Source: an uncultured Gammaproteobacteria bacterium (GTDB lineage: Bacteria; Patescibacteriota; Patescibacteriia; UBA11705; JABHMO01). Taken from it: a DNA stretch of 64,000 nt. Positions 10,702 to 20,149 of this stretch are shown here, piece by piece. A model generated the notes under the pieces. That model did not search any database. It worked only from the letters and a program-made list of their open reading frames with translations, and had not been told where the DNA came from. Every line of letters begins with the position of its first letter. Position 1 is the first letter of the stretch. The stretch covers positions 29,452-93,451 of the forward strand of contig CAZAKN010000002.1 in the NCBI GenBank assembly GCA_964486065.1, given 5' to 3'. A program made the translations under genes and the position numbers.

Positions 10702-11040
10702 TTAAATTTTTATTTTTTTAGCGTATTCCGATAAAATCGGGATTTCCCAATATTTCCCTTTCAAACAATTAACAATCCCCAAAATTGAATAGACAATAAT
10801 AAACGCCACAGCCGCCAACCAAACAATTTGTCCGAGTAACGGAATAATATTTACAAAAGATAAAATTATTCCGGTAATAAAAAGTACCAATCCCTGTTTG
10901 GCGTGAAACTGAGCGAAATGGCTGTCCTTTTTTAAAAACAAAGGGATCAAACATAAAATACCCAAATATGAAATTGACGCCATTACGCGATTACTTTTTA
11001 TGTCTTTGGGATCATAATAATTTTCATTTGTTTTTCCCAT
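10702..11040 (-). CDS. DUF4870/Tic20-like small membrane protein
   Basis: ISYLGILCLIP...FAQFHAKQGL...GKYWEIPIL pattern. Confidence 0.75.
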   Translation of the reverse strand: MGKTNENYYDPKDIKSNRVMASISYLGILCLIPLFLKKDSHFAQFHAKQGLVLFITGIILSFVNIIPLLGQIVWLAAVAFIIVYSILGIVNCLKGKYWEIPILSEYAKKIKI

Positions 11041-11052
11041 ATTTTTTCTTAT

Positions 11053-11421
11053 TTATAATTCAACATCTTCAATATGTTTGAAACGGGGTGTTAACTTGAA
11101 CATTTCCACGATCATTAAATCAAGGCGCAACGCCAAATTTTCCAAATCAGGATTTTCTTGAATATACAAATCCATGAGTTCGGCGATGGTCTCTAATTTT
11201 TCCTCGGTAACATTATCCTCCCCGTAACCACCATAAACCGAAGTGCGACTTTTAACTTCCACGAAAATCAATTGTTCTTCATAAAGAAAAATAAGATCTA
11301 TTTCCCCTATTTTTCCGAAACGCCAATTTTTATCCAGAATTTTCCAACCTTTTTTCATTAAATATTCCGCGGCCAATTCTTCTCCCGTCGCGCCAATCTT
11401 TTTTTTGCTCGCGACATACAT
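11053..11421 (-). CDS. YraN family (UPF0102) endonuclease-like protein
   Basis: GEELAAEYL..KGW.IL..NWR...GEIDLI....LIFVEVKSR. Confidence 0.92.
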   Translation of the reverse strand: MYVASKKKIGATGEELAAEYLMKKGWKILDKNWRFGKIGEIDLIFLYEEQLIFVEVKSRTSVYGGYGEDNVTEEKLETIAELMDLYIQENPDLENLALRLDLMIVEMFKLTPRFKHIEDVEL

Positions 11422-11422
11422 A

Positions 11423-11665
11423 TCAAGCGGGGAAAATCGCGTTCAACACGGTCGGTATCAAGATCTCATCCACGCCGGTCAAAACCATCAGTCCGACTAA
11501 AATAATAACCACGCCCAATGCTTTAAAAAAAGACAAACTGCCTCCCATAAATATTTTTTCAGCTATGGAAACACGGCCGACCAATTCTCTGGCCACCATG
11601 GGATAACGAATCAAACCAAAACCAACCACTAAACAAATCGCACAAATTAATATATTCATCATCAT
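11423..11665 (-). CDS. small membrane protein
   Basis: 80 aa, two hydrophobic helices, abuts YraN start. Confidence 0.7.
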   Translation of the reverse strand: MMMNILICAICLVVGFGLIRYPMVARELVGRVSIAEKIFMGGSLSFFKALGVVIILVGLMVLTGVDEILIPTVLNAIFPA

Positions 11666-11757
11666 ATAAGCGCATTATAGCACATTTTTATTGTTAATAA
11701 TAATGAAAAATGATAGAATTAAATCAGTTATTGCGGATTATTAGCGAACCACTACCA

Positions 11758-11786
11758 TTGACAATGTGAATAATGTGTGATATAAT
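11758..11786 (+). promoter_or_regulatory. sigma70 promoter TTGACA-17-TATAAT (extended TG)
   Basis: Perfect consensus upstream of 11814. Confidence 0.85.
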
Positions 11787-11813
11787 ATAAAAATATAAAT
11801 AAATTCAATTTTT

Positions 11814-12302
11814 ATGCCTAGAATGGATAATGCCCCATACAAAACTCGTGGAGACAATCGTAGCCTTAATGATGTCATGCCCAAAGCTGATCGCACCGCG
11901 AGAAAAAACAAACCCGTAGAATTATCCTCCATGGATAATGATGAAATGGAATTAACTAAAGGCTTTGAACAGATCAACCCCGAAGTTGATCGCAGAGAAA
12001 AGCAAATTAAAGCGGAAGAAAAAATGCTAAGCACCATAAGCGCCAAGGCAAAAAAGATTTTCAATCAATCTTTACCTCAATCAATGGAAAAATTAGATTT
12101 AGATGAAGTAAGTGATGAAAATTTATCTTTGGATCAAAGAAAAGGATTACTGGATGAACAAAAAGAATTTTTTACGGATTACGGCATTCAACAATTGAGC
12201 GTAAGCCAACGCGAACAATTATTTACGAAGTTGACCGAAGATGAAAAATCTTATTTTATGAAATTGCAACAAGAAGGCATGGAAAGAGAACTGGCAAATT
12301 AA
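11814..12302 (+). CDS. hypothetical acidic/helical protein
   Basis: 162-aa ORF between consensus promoter and terminator. Confidence 0.75.
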   Translation: MPRMDNAPYKTRGDNRSLNDVMPKADRTARKNKPVELSSMDNDEMELTKGFEQINPEVDRREKQIKAEEKMLSTISAKAKKIFNQSLPQSMEKLDLDEVSDENLSLDQRKGLLDEQKEFFTDYGIQQLSVSQREQLFTKLTEDEKSYFMKLQQEGMERELAN

Positions 12303-12318
12303 TAACCATCTTAAAATA

Positions 12319-12352
12319 AAAAAATGCCCTGTCTTGAGACAGGGCGTTTTTT
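12319..12352. terminator. bidirectional terminator
   Basis: AAAAAATGCCCTGTC-TTGA-GACAGGGCGTTTTTT between convergent genes. Confidence 0.85.
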
Positions 12353-12908
12353 ATTTGAGTTTGTATTGCGATTTGATCTTATCCATAATCATTTTATCAA
12401 GGAAAAGATCCAATACCTGCACGAAATATACCTTCAGCTCGGGTCTGAAATCACTGATTTCAAGCCAAGCATTATTGATATCGCAATTCTTGCAGTTCTT
12501 TATCAAAGAGTGTTTACGACTCAAATCCAAATGAATCATTATTCTTCGGTTCGCATAGTTTTCAACGCAATTTCGGTAAATATCTTTTTTTACTTCCAAG
12601 GAAAGATGTTCTTCCCCTCCATGTTGACTGTATTCTTCTTCTTCCATAAACATAATTTCTTCATACCAACGACTACGAACGCGAACAATCGTTTCCGTTT
12701 CCACTTGGCCGAAAGATTTTTCCAAAGCATCCACCGTGCACAATAAAATCAACCAATACTCAGCATTCGGTTGATTAACCTTTTGCATTAGCTCTAAATA
12801 TTCCCAAAGAGACTCATAAGGGAATTTTCTATTGGAAGGATCCACTCCGTTTCTAATTGTCGTCTTCACCGACTCTTTATACTCTCCATCATGGCTTTTA
12901 CCCATCAT
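12351..12908 (-). CDS. hypothetical protein (orphan-like, SD-led)
   Basis: 185-aa ORF, AAGGAG SD at 12915-12920, TTGACA at 12979-12984. Confidence 0.7.
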   Translation of the reverse strand: MMGKSHDGEYKESVKTTIRNGVDPSNRKFPYESLWEYLELMQKVNQPNAEYWLILLCTVDALEKSFGQVETETIVRVRSRWYEEIMFMEEEEYSQHGGEEHLSLEVKKDIYRNCVENYANRRIMIHLDLSRKHSLIKNCKNCDINNAWLEISDFRPELKVYFVQVLDLFLDKMIMDKIKSQYKLK

Positions 12909-13005
12909 AATTCACTCCTTTCATCGCAATTTTGAATGAACTTTACCGATTTTTTACTTTTACATATTTCATTTTATTTGTCAAGTGTTTTAACTAAATT
13001 TAAAC

Positions 13006-13028
13006 AAAAAATCGGCTAAAATAGCCGA
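13006..13028 (-). terminator. terminator downstream of tRNA-Leu
   Basis: TCGGCTA-AAA-TAGCCGA with A-tract. Confidence 0.55.
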
Positions 13029-13107
13029 CTATCCTTAATTTCCGAAATATATCCAAATAACGCTAACCACAACTGCCAAATCGCCAAATCAAAGATTTGG
13101 GGAAAGC

Positions 13108-13194
13108 TGGTGCCGAGGAGAGGATTTGAACCTCCACGGGACGAATCCCACAGCCCCCTCAAGGCTGCGTGTCTACCAATTCCACCACCTCGGC
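13108..13194 (-). tRNA. tRNA-Leu(GAG)
   Basis: GCCGAGG/CCTCGGC acceptor, anticodon loop TTGAGGG, long variable arm, GTTCAAATC, encoded CCA. Confidence 0.96.
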
Positions 13195-13221
13195 ACAATT
13201 CCGCCCAAAGGCGGAATGTAA

Positions 13222-13407
13222 TTATTCCACACTGATCGCATTGGCCGGACAAGAATCTTTGGCTTGATTCATCAAATCTTCTTGACTTGAAAAATCACCC
13301 TCTTTAACTAGCGCCTTACCACTGTCGTTCATTTCAAACATATCCGGAGCAATGGCCGCGCAAGTTCCACAGCCCACGCATTTTTCTTGGTCAACTTTGG
13401 GTTGCAT
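13222..13407 (-). CDS. monocluster ferredoxin
   Basis: CVGCGTC...CPANAI. Confidence 0.92.
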   Translation of the reverse strand: MQPKVDQEKCVGCGTCAAIAPDMFEMNDSGKALVKEGDFSSQEDLMNQAKDSCPANAISVE

Positions 13408-13424
13408 AGCATTATAGTTAATAA

Positions 13425-14171
13425 TTATTTCACTTTTCTATTAACGATTACCGGAAATCTATCTTTTTCCAGACTCACTTCCAAAGGAGTTTTTAAAATT
13501 TTATGACCGTCCAAAATCGCTTTGATATATTCAAATCCTTTGATGGTAAAATTTTGAGCGGTCATTTTTTCATCAACCACCAATTTCTTTTTTTTAAAAA
13601 ACCAAATCTTTTTAAATTTTTCAGCTTTAATCATCAGCTCCAATTCACCGGATTGTTTTTTCTCTCCGTTTTTATCCGCGTCAAAATTAATTATTTTTAA
13701 TTCCTTGGCCGTTTGTCCGGGAGTTATTTTGTAACCGGACAATTTTATTTTCAACCGTGGTAAATTTTCCTTTATCAACAAATCACGAAAAAAATACTTA
13801 TTTCCGGCTCGCCCGATGTCAAATCTTCTAATATTGCGAGCCGCGATCACATCACAAGCTTTTTCCGCTTCGGGCAACCCCATCGCCTCCGCCAAAACAT
13901 TGCCTTTTCCGATCGGCACATAACCGAGTACCACATTATACTTAAGCGTCGGCTCCACCATTTTTAAAAACGATTCATCATTTCCCACTATTACCACCGT
14001 ACTCACTCCTTTTTTAACCTCGTCGCGCACTAATTCATCTTCATTTTTCAACATGGTCAAACGCTCCCTTTTCCCTGAAATATCCAAATCCAAAAGACGC
14101 GCTTTAATGCGGTCCAATTGTTTTTCATGTTTAGGTTCTCTTAAAAAAGTATCTATTAAATAATAATACAT
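13425..14171 (-). CDS. diacylglycerol-kinase catalytic-domain-like protein
   Basis: VVIVGNDESF, LGYVPIGKGNVLA, RFDIG; likely start ATG 14171. Confidence 0.7.
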   Translation of the reverse strand: MYYYLIDTFLREPKHEKQLDRIKARLLDLDISGKRERLTMLKNEDELVRDEVKKGVSTVVIVGNDESFLKMVEPTLKYNVVLGYVPIGKGNVLAEAMGLPEAEKACDVIAARNIRRFDIGRAGNKYFFRDLLIKENLPRLKIKLSGYKITPGQTAKELKIINFDADKNGEKKQSGELELMIKAEKFKKIWFFKKKKLVVDEKMTAQNFTIKGFEYIKAILDGHKILKTPLEVSLEKDRFPVIVNRKVK

Positions 14172-14196
14172 AGAAATTTTTCGGCTGCGCCGGGCT

Positions 14197-15879
14197 TTAC
14201 ATTTGATCAACTGATTTAATGTTCATCAAATTCAAACCTCGCTCCAATTTGGTCGCTGTTTTACCACACAAATACAATCTTGCTTTGCGATCTTCTTCAG
14301 GCGTGTCCAAAACTCGGACTTGATGATAAAAATTATTAAAACTTTTGGCCAAATTCAACAAGTATCCAGCCAAATAATGCGGTGAATTTTTCTCAGCCGC
14401 CAATTGTCTATATTTATCAAATTGAGCTAATTGCAATACCACTTCTCTGGCTTCTGTTTGATTCAACAAAGCGGTATTCACTTCATCCAAATCAATTTCC
14501 TCATAAGCCGATTGTTCAAAAATGGATTTAATCCTGGCGATAGTATAAAGCAAATACGGCCCCGTGTCACCATCAAAAGCCATGGCTTTTTCCGTATCAA
14601 AAACTATTTTGCTGGCATTATCATATTTTAACATCCAAAACTTGATAGCTGCCAAAGCCACAGCAATCGCATTTTCCGCGATTTTTTCTTTCGACCAATC
14701 AGCATGCCTAGCCAAGGTTTCCGCTTGCGCTTTCTTGACCACTTCATCAAATAAATCCTCAAAAGTTACCACATTTCCCTTACGCGAAGCCATAGCACCT
14801 TCCGGCAAAGTTACAAAATCATAAGCCACATGAATTTTTTCTTTTTTTTCATAACCCAATAAATCCAACAATTTGAAAACTTGCTTCAAATACAAAGATT
14901 GACGACTGTCAACCACATAAACGGATTTATTTATTTTAAATTTATCAAACTTTTTTTTGCCGAGTGGCAAATCTTTTGCTCCGTATAAAAGATTGCCGTC
15001 CGATTTAATCAAAACCAAAACATCAAGACTGAATTCCGACAAATCCGCAATTATCGCGCCTTGGCTTTCTTTAATCTGGGACACCTTGCCGCTTTTTAAC
15101 AATTTGGTCAACATTTCCTTGCCTTCTTTTTCTTCTTCACTTTCCCAAAACCATTCATCAAATTGAATATCCAAAAGTTCGTAAATATCATTAAAAGAGC
15201 GCAAACTCCACTCTTTGGTTTTTCCCCACAACTTAATCATTTCCTTATCTTCGTTTTCCAGCGCGGTATGCACTTCTGAAACTTGTTTTTCCAATTCCGG
15301 GTTTTTCGCCAATTTTCTTACCGCTTCAGCGTATATTTCACCGAGATATTTTCCTTTCAATACGGGTTCTTCATCTTCCGCGTGAAATTTTTTTAAAGCC
15401 CATAGACATTTGGCCACATGCGAACCCGTATCGCCAATATAATTGGTCGCCGTAACTTTATGTCCCATGGAACGATTCAAATTAACAATGGCCGACCCGA
15501 GACAAGCGTTGCGCAAATGACCGACATGAAATTCTTTATGCGTATTGGGCTGAGAATATTCAATCATTATTTTTTGTTTTTTATCAGCCGATTGTTCTTT
15601 TTCCGCGAAAACTGCTTGATTCAAAAAATCAGTTTTAAAAAATATATTCACAAAACCTTTTTCCGCGCTGGCGCTTTTAACTTGCGGTAATTTTTCCAAA
15701 ATCAGCGTCAAATCCTCGGCCAATTCATCCGGCTTTCTGCCCATCTTTCCAGCTGCGGAAAATACTTTCAATGTCAAATCCGCCAAATTACTATGCTCGG
15801 GAATATCAAAATCACTCGGCCCAAAAACCGATTTATACTTTTTCAAAGCTTTAAGAATAAGTTCAACTAAATTACGCAT
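14197..15879 (-). CDS. argS: arginyl-tRNA synthetase
   Basis: EYSQPNTHKEFHVGHLRN, MASRKG, GDTGPYLLY; likely start ATG 15879. Confidence 0.96.
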   Translation of the reverse strand: MRNLVELILKALKKYKSVFGPSDFDIPEHSNLADLTLKVFSAAGKMGRKPDELAEDLTLILEKLPQVKSASAEKGFVNIFFKTDFLNQAVFAEKEQSADKKQKIMIEYSQPNTHKEFHVGHLRNACLGSAIVNLNRSMGHKVTATNYIGDTGSHVAKCLWALKKFHAEDEEPVLKGKYLGEIYAEAVRKLAKNPELEKQVSEVHTALENEDKEMIKLWGKTKEWSLRSFNDIYELLDIQFDEWFWESEEEKEGKEMLTKLLKSGKVSQIKESQGAIIADLSEFSLDVLVLIKSDGNLLYGAKDLPLGKKKFDKFKINKSVYVVDSRQSLYLKQVFKLLDLLGYEKKEKIHVAYDFVTLPEGAMASRKGNVVTFEDLFDEVVKKAQAETLARHADWSKEKIAENAIAVALAAIKFWMLKYDNASKIVFDTEKAMAFDGDTGPYLLYTIARIKSIFEQSAYEEIDLDEVNTALLNQTEAREVVLQLAQFDKYRQLAAEKNSPHYLAGYLLNLAKSFNNFYHQVRVLDTPEEDRKARLYLCGKTATKLERGLNLMNIKSVDQM

Positions 15880-15883
15880 ATCT

Positions 15884-17074
15884 TTATTTGATTTTGACGA
15901 AAAACCTTTTCCCTTTTTGCAAAACATCACCTTTTTTCACTGTCGCTGTTTCATCAATAACCTTACCGTTTATTTTAACCCCGTTTTGTTGCAAATTGCG
16001 TTTGGCTTCGGATTTTGACTTGACCATTTTCGCTTCAACCAAAGCGTCCACCACATTTTTCCCGGCCAAAGACATTTCCTCCATTTCATCAGGTGTCTCC
16101 TTTTTTTGAAATTTTTGTAAAAAATTTTCTCTTTGTTTTTTCGCTTCATCTTTGCCGTGATACATAGCCACGATGGTTTCCGCCAAATCCAATTTATGAT
16201 CTCTCGGGTTTTCGCCATCATTCAAAGCTTTTTTTATATCTTCAACTTTGCGCTGAGGTTCAAAGGTGCATAATTCATAAGTCGGAACAATAAGTTCATC
16301 TACCATGGCCATGGTTTTACCGAATTTTTCTTCCGGCGAATCGGCCAAAGCGATCATATTGCCGGTGGTCTTACCCATTTTTGAACCTTGAGAGTCAACC
16401 AAAAGTCGCGTGGTAATCACGAATTTTTCTTTATTCTTCATCTGCTTCAACAAAGTTCGTCCGGCCAACATATTGAATGTTTGATCATTTCCGCCGACTT
16501 CGCCATCAACATCCATGGCTACGGTGTCATAGCCTTGCATGAGAGGATACAAAAATTCATGCAAATGCACCGGCTTACCTTCATTGATTCGCTTTTCAAA
16601 CATATCTCGTTCCAACATCTGCTGAACCGTAAAATGTGAAGCCAACTCAATAACTTCATGAAAACTTAATTTACCAAGCCATTCATCATTGTATTTGACT
16701 TGCGCCGGATTAGCTCCTTCAAAATTTAAAATCACGCTGGCTTGATCAAGATAATTTTTACAATTTTGTAAAACTTGTTCACGCGTCAACTGTTTGCGCA
16801 CCGCCATTTTATCCGTGGGATCACCGATCATAGCCGTAAAACTGCCAATCAGTAAAATAACTTGATGACCCAAATTTTGAAATTGACGCAATTTAATCAT
16901 GGAACTGACATGCCCCAAATGCAAAGTCGGACCGGTCGGATCAATCCCCAAATATATTTTTAACTTATCGCCCGACTCCAATCGTTCTTTTAAAAATTCC
17001 GGCTTAGGATAAATATTTTCCACTCCTCGGGTTAGAAGTTCATTGATTTTAATTTGATCAGAGGAAATAGACAT
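15884..17074 (-). CDS. tyrS: tyrosyl-tRNA synthetase
   Basis: GIDPTGPTLHLGH, YPLMQGYD, GGNDQTFN, KMGKT, C-terminal S4 domain. Confidence 0.97.
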   Translation of the reverse strand: MSISSDQIKINELLTRGVENIYPKPEFLKERLESGDKLKIYLGIDPTGPTLHLGHVSSMIKLRQFQNLGHQVILLIGSFTAMIGDPTDKMAVRKQLTREQVLQNCKNYLDQASVILNFEGANPAQVKYNDEWLGKLSFHEVIELASHFTVQQMLERDMFEKRINEGKPVHLHEFLYPLMQGYDTVAMDVDGEVGGNDQTFNMLAGRTLLKQMKNKEKFVITTRLLVDSQGSKMGKTTGNMIALADSPEEKFGKTMAMVDELIVPTYELCTFEPQRKVEDIKKALNDGENPRDHKLDLAETIVAMYHGKDEAKKQRENFLQKFQKKETPDEMEEMSLAGKNVVDALVEAKMVKSKSEAKRNLQQNGVKINGKVIDETATVKKGDVLQKGKRFFVKIK

Positions 17075-17090
17075 AAGTAATATTAATTGT

Positions 17091-19943
17091 TTATTGATTA
17101 ACGATATCAGTCAATTGTTCTTGTAATTTTTTAAGTTTTTCTTCCGCTTCCGTGGCTTTTTTCTTTTCCGTTTCAACGATTTGCTTCGGTGCGTTCTTCA
17201 CGAACTCCTTATTTTGCAATTTACGAGAAACGGTTTCAAAGTATTTGCGAATTTCAATGATCTCTTTTTCCAATCTTTGTTTTTCTTTGTCAAAATCAAG
17301 CAACCCGGAAAGTGGCAAATAAATATTGATTTTTCCAACCACGGCGGTAACCACTTGATCGGGCTTTCGTTCAACGCTTTGCAAAGATTCCGCTCCCACT
17401 AAAAATTTGATTATTTCTTGATTTTCTTTCAGCAAAGAGTCAGCTCCCTGCAACTGCACCATAATCTTCTTGGCCGGTTCCACTTTGTATTCCGAACGCA
17501 AATTTCTGATTTTCACGATTACTTCACGCAATTTTTCAAATTCTTTTTCCGCATCGCGATCAATCAATTTTTTATCGCTCGGTGGCCACTTTTCAATCAT
17601 CAATTCCCCCTGAAAACCGGCTTCATTCCAAATAGCTTGAGTAACAAAAGGAGTAAAAGGATGCCACAATTGCAAAAGTTCTCGCAAAATATGTGCTAGA
17701 ATATTTTTATCATTTTCTTCCACTTTGGTAATCTCCAAATACCAATCAGCCAAATCATCCCAAGTAAACGCTTTCATCAATTCTCCGGCTTGTGAAAAAT
17801 TATAATTTTCCAATAATTTATCTACCTCGGCTTTCAACTCGTTAAAACGAGACATAATCCAACGCTCGGACAATGTTCGCGGTTTTATTTTTTGCGGTGT
17901 TTCCGGATTTTCAATCTTTTCCAAAACAAATCTGGAAATGTTCCATAATTTATTCACGAAATTGCGATAACCTTCAATTTTCTCATCATATAAACGGATA
18001 TCATTGCCAGCCGTATTGCCGATTAACATGGACAATCTGACCGCGTCAAAACCGTATTTTTCTCCCGCTTCCAGCGGATCAATGGCGGTCTCCGGACGCG
18101 ACTTACTCATCTTTTGACCATCGCGATCACGCACCAAGCCATGCAAAAAGACATTTTCAAAAGGAATTTCTTCCATGACAAATGAAGTCATGAGAATCAT
18201 TCTGGCCACCCAGAAAAATAAAATATCATATCCGGTTTCCATCAAAGTATTGGGATGAAAACGATCTATATCAGAGGATTTGAATTCTTTACCATCCCAA
18301 TCTTCCGGCAACAAAGTGCTGAAAGTCCACAAACCAGAACTGAACCAAGTATCCAAAGTATCAGGATCCTGAACAAACAAACCTGCTTTTTTATATTCTA
18401 AACAATATTCATCACATTTAGAAACATCCTTAGTACTTACAAAATTTAATACATCTTCTTTTTTGAAAACTTTTCTTTCTATCCATTTACATACTTGTTC
18501 GAAAGATGCATATTTAACAAAAAAATTATTATCTAAACCAATTTCATAACCAGAAATATAGTTTAAATTATTTTCAAATAATTCATTTATATCCACTTTT
18601 CCGTAATCAATTTTCAAAATTCCTTTTTTATTTTTTATTGATTCAATATCATACCAGACGGGTATGCGATGTCCGAACCAAATCTGACGCGAAATACACC
18701 AATCATGCAAATTTTCCATCCAATCCGAATATGCTTTTTTAAACCTGTCCGGAATAAACTTGATTTCATCCTTTCGCGCGATTTCCACGGCTCGCTCTTT
18801 TAAAGATTTATCGCCCAATCTTTTTATTTTTTTATTCACCGAAACAAACCATTGCTTGGACGGCAAAGGTTCAATCGCCGTACCGCAACGATAACAAATT
18901 GATAATTTATTATCCAATTCTTCTTCTTTTTCCAGAAGTCCTTGCTCACGCAATTTCTCAATAATCATTTTTCCCGCTTCAGTCGCCGGTTTACCGGAAA
19001 ACTCATTGAAGCCTGCTCTGATATTTCCGCCTTCATCAATAACTTTTACGATATTTAAATCGTTTTCTTCCGCCATGGCCCAATCAACCATAGAATGCGC
19101 CGGCGTAACTCCGAGCGCGCCCGTGCCGAATTCCATATCCACCTGCCAATCACCGATAATTTTCAATTTCAAAGGCACTCCGCAAAAATCCGTTTCCAGC
19201 TCTTGACCGATATATTTTTTATAACGCTCATCTTTCGGATTAACCGCCACCGCCGTATCACCCAACTTTGTTTCCGGTCGCGTAGTTGCAATGGTAAATG
19301 GAAAATCCTTACTGTATTTAAAAGTGTAAAGCTTGGCTTTTTGTTCTTTGTATTCCACTTCATCATCGGCAAGCGTTGAATGACAACGCGGACACCAATT
19401 GACCACGCGATCACCGCGATAAATCAAACCTTCATCATACATTTGCTTGAAAACTTTTCGCACGGCTTTGCTTCTGGTTTCATCCAAAGTATAGGCCTCC
19501 CTGCTCCAATCCAAACTTGAACCCATTTTACGAACCTGATTTTTTATAATATTTTTTGACTCTTGAACATGTTCATCAACTTTTGCCAAAAACTTTTCTC
19601 TTCCCAAATCATGTCTGGTTTTATTCTCGTTTTTATACATTTTTTTTTCCACCACATTTTGCGTGGCAATGGCCGCGTGATCCGTCCCCGGAATCCAAAC
19701 AGTGTCAAAACCTTTCATTCTTTTATAGCGCACGAACAAATCTTCAATCGCCAACATGGAAGCATGTCCCAAATGTAAAGTTCCGGTCACATTGGGTGGC
19801 GGTAAAACAATGGAAAAGCAACCGCGCTTTTCACGCTCGGCGCGATCCGGCATCTCATCCGGATTGAACAATTTTCCTTGTTCCCATTGTTGATAAATAT
19901 TATCTTCAAATTCAGACGGATTATAAGCTTTGGACATTGGCAT
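17091..19943 (-). CDS. valS: valyl-tRNA synthetase (with AT-rich insertion)
   Basis: PPPNVTGTLHLGH, WCISRQIWFGHRIP, DTWFSSGLW, KMSKS, C-terminal coiled coil. Confidence 0.97.
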   Translation of the reverse strand: MPMSKAYNPSEFEDNIYQQWEQGKLFNPDEMPDRAEREKRGCFSIVLPPPNVTGTLHLGHASMLAIEDLFVRYKRMKGFDTVWIPGTDHAAIATQNVVEKKMYKNENKTRHDLGREKFLAKVDEHVQESKNIIKNQVRKMGSSLDWSREAYTLDETRSKAVRKVFKQMYDEGLIYRGDRVVNWCPRCHSTLADDEVEYKEQKAKLYTFKYSKDFPFTIATTRPETKLGDTAVAVNPKDERYKKYIGQELETDFCGVPLKLKIIGDWQVDMEFGTGALGVTPAHSMVDWAMAEENDLNIVKVIDEGGNIRAGFNEFSGKPATEAGKMIIEKLREQGLLEKEEELDNKLSICYRCGTAIEPLPSKQWFVSVNKKIKRLGDKSLKERAVEIARKDEIKFIPDRFKKAYSDWMENLHDWCISRQIWFGHRIPVWYDIESIKNKKGILKIDYGKVDINELFENNLNYISGYEIGLDNNFFVKYASFEQVCKWIERKVFKKEDVLNFVSTKDVSKCDEYCLEYKKAGLFVQDPDTLDTWFSSGLWTFSTLLPEDWDGKEFKSSDIDRFHPNTLMETGYDILFFWVARMILMTSFVMEEIPFENVFLHGLVRDRDGQKMSKSRPETAIDPLEAGEKYGFDAVRLSMLIGNTAGNDIRLYDEKIEGYRNFVNKLWNISRFVLEKIENPETPQKIKPRTLSERWIMSRFNELKAEVDKLLENYNFSQAGELMKAFTWDDLADWYLEITKVEENDKNILAHILRELLQLWHPFTPFVTQAIWNEAGFQGELMIEKWPPSDKKLIDRDAEKEFEKLREVIVKIRNLRSEYKVEPAKKIMVQLQGADSLLKENQEIIKFLVGAESLQSVERKPDQVVTAVVGKINIYLPLSGLLDFDKEKQRLEKEIIEIRKYFETVSRKLQNKEFVKNAPKQIVETEKKKATEAEEKLKKLQEQLTDIVNQ

Positions 19944-20101
19944 ATTTTTTTTGTTTATTCAAGACTGAATTTTGAGCGGCAAAATCACACAATAACCGCT
20001 AATTTATAAATATTTTACCATGTAATTTGTGAAAAAACAATCTTGCGATCGCTTTAAATTGACCGCTCTGTCAACTTATGGCTCAATACTTGTTATTCAC
20101 A

Positions 20102-20130
20102 TTGACACGGCTTGATGATGGCCGTATGAT
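20102..20130 (+). promoter_or_regulatory. sigma70 promoter TTGACA-17-TATGAT
   Basis: Near-consensus upstream of 20150. Confidence 0.7.
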
Positions 20131-20149
20131 GATATAATTACTGAAAAAT

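Noticed and set aside
11814-13110. Integrative island at the tRNA-Leu 3' end
   Set aside because: No integrase and no duplicated tRNA 3' end (att) found by eye
13016-13252. ORFs overlapping tRNAs (13016..13252; 5' part of 22660..22926)
   Set aside because: They read through tRNA genes; the second more plausibly starts at ATG 22717
18372-18650. Intein or intron in valS
   Set aside because: Frame is continuous, no intein terminal motifs, and too AT-rich and unstructured for a self-splicing intron
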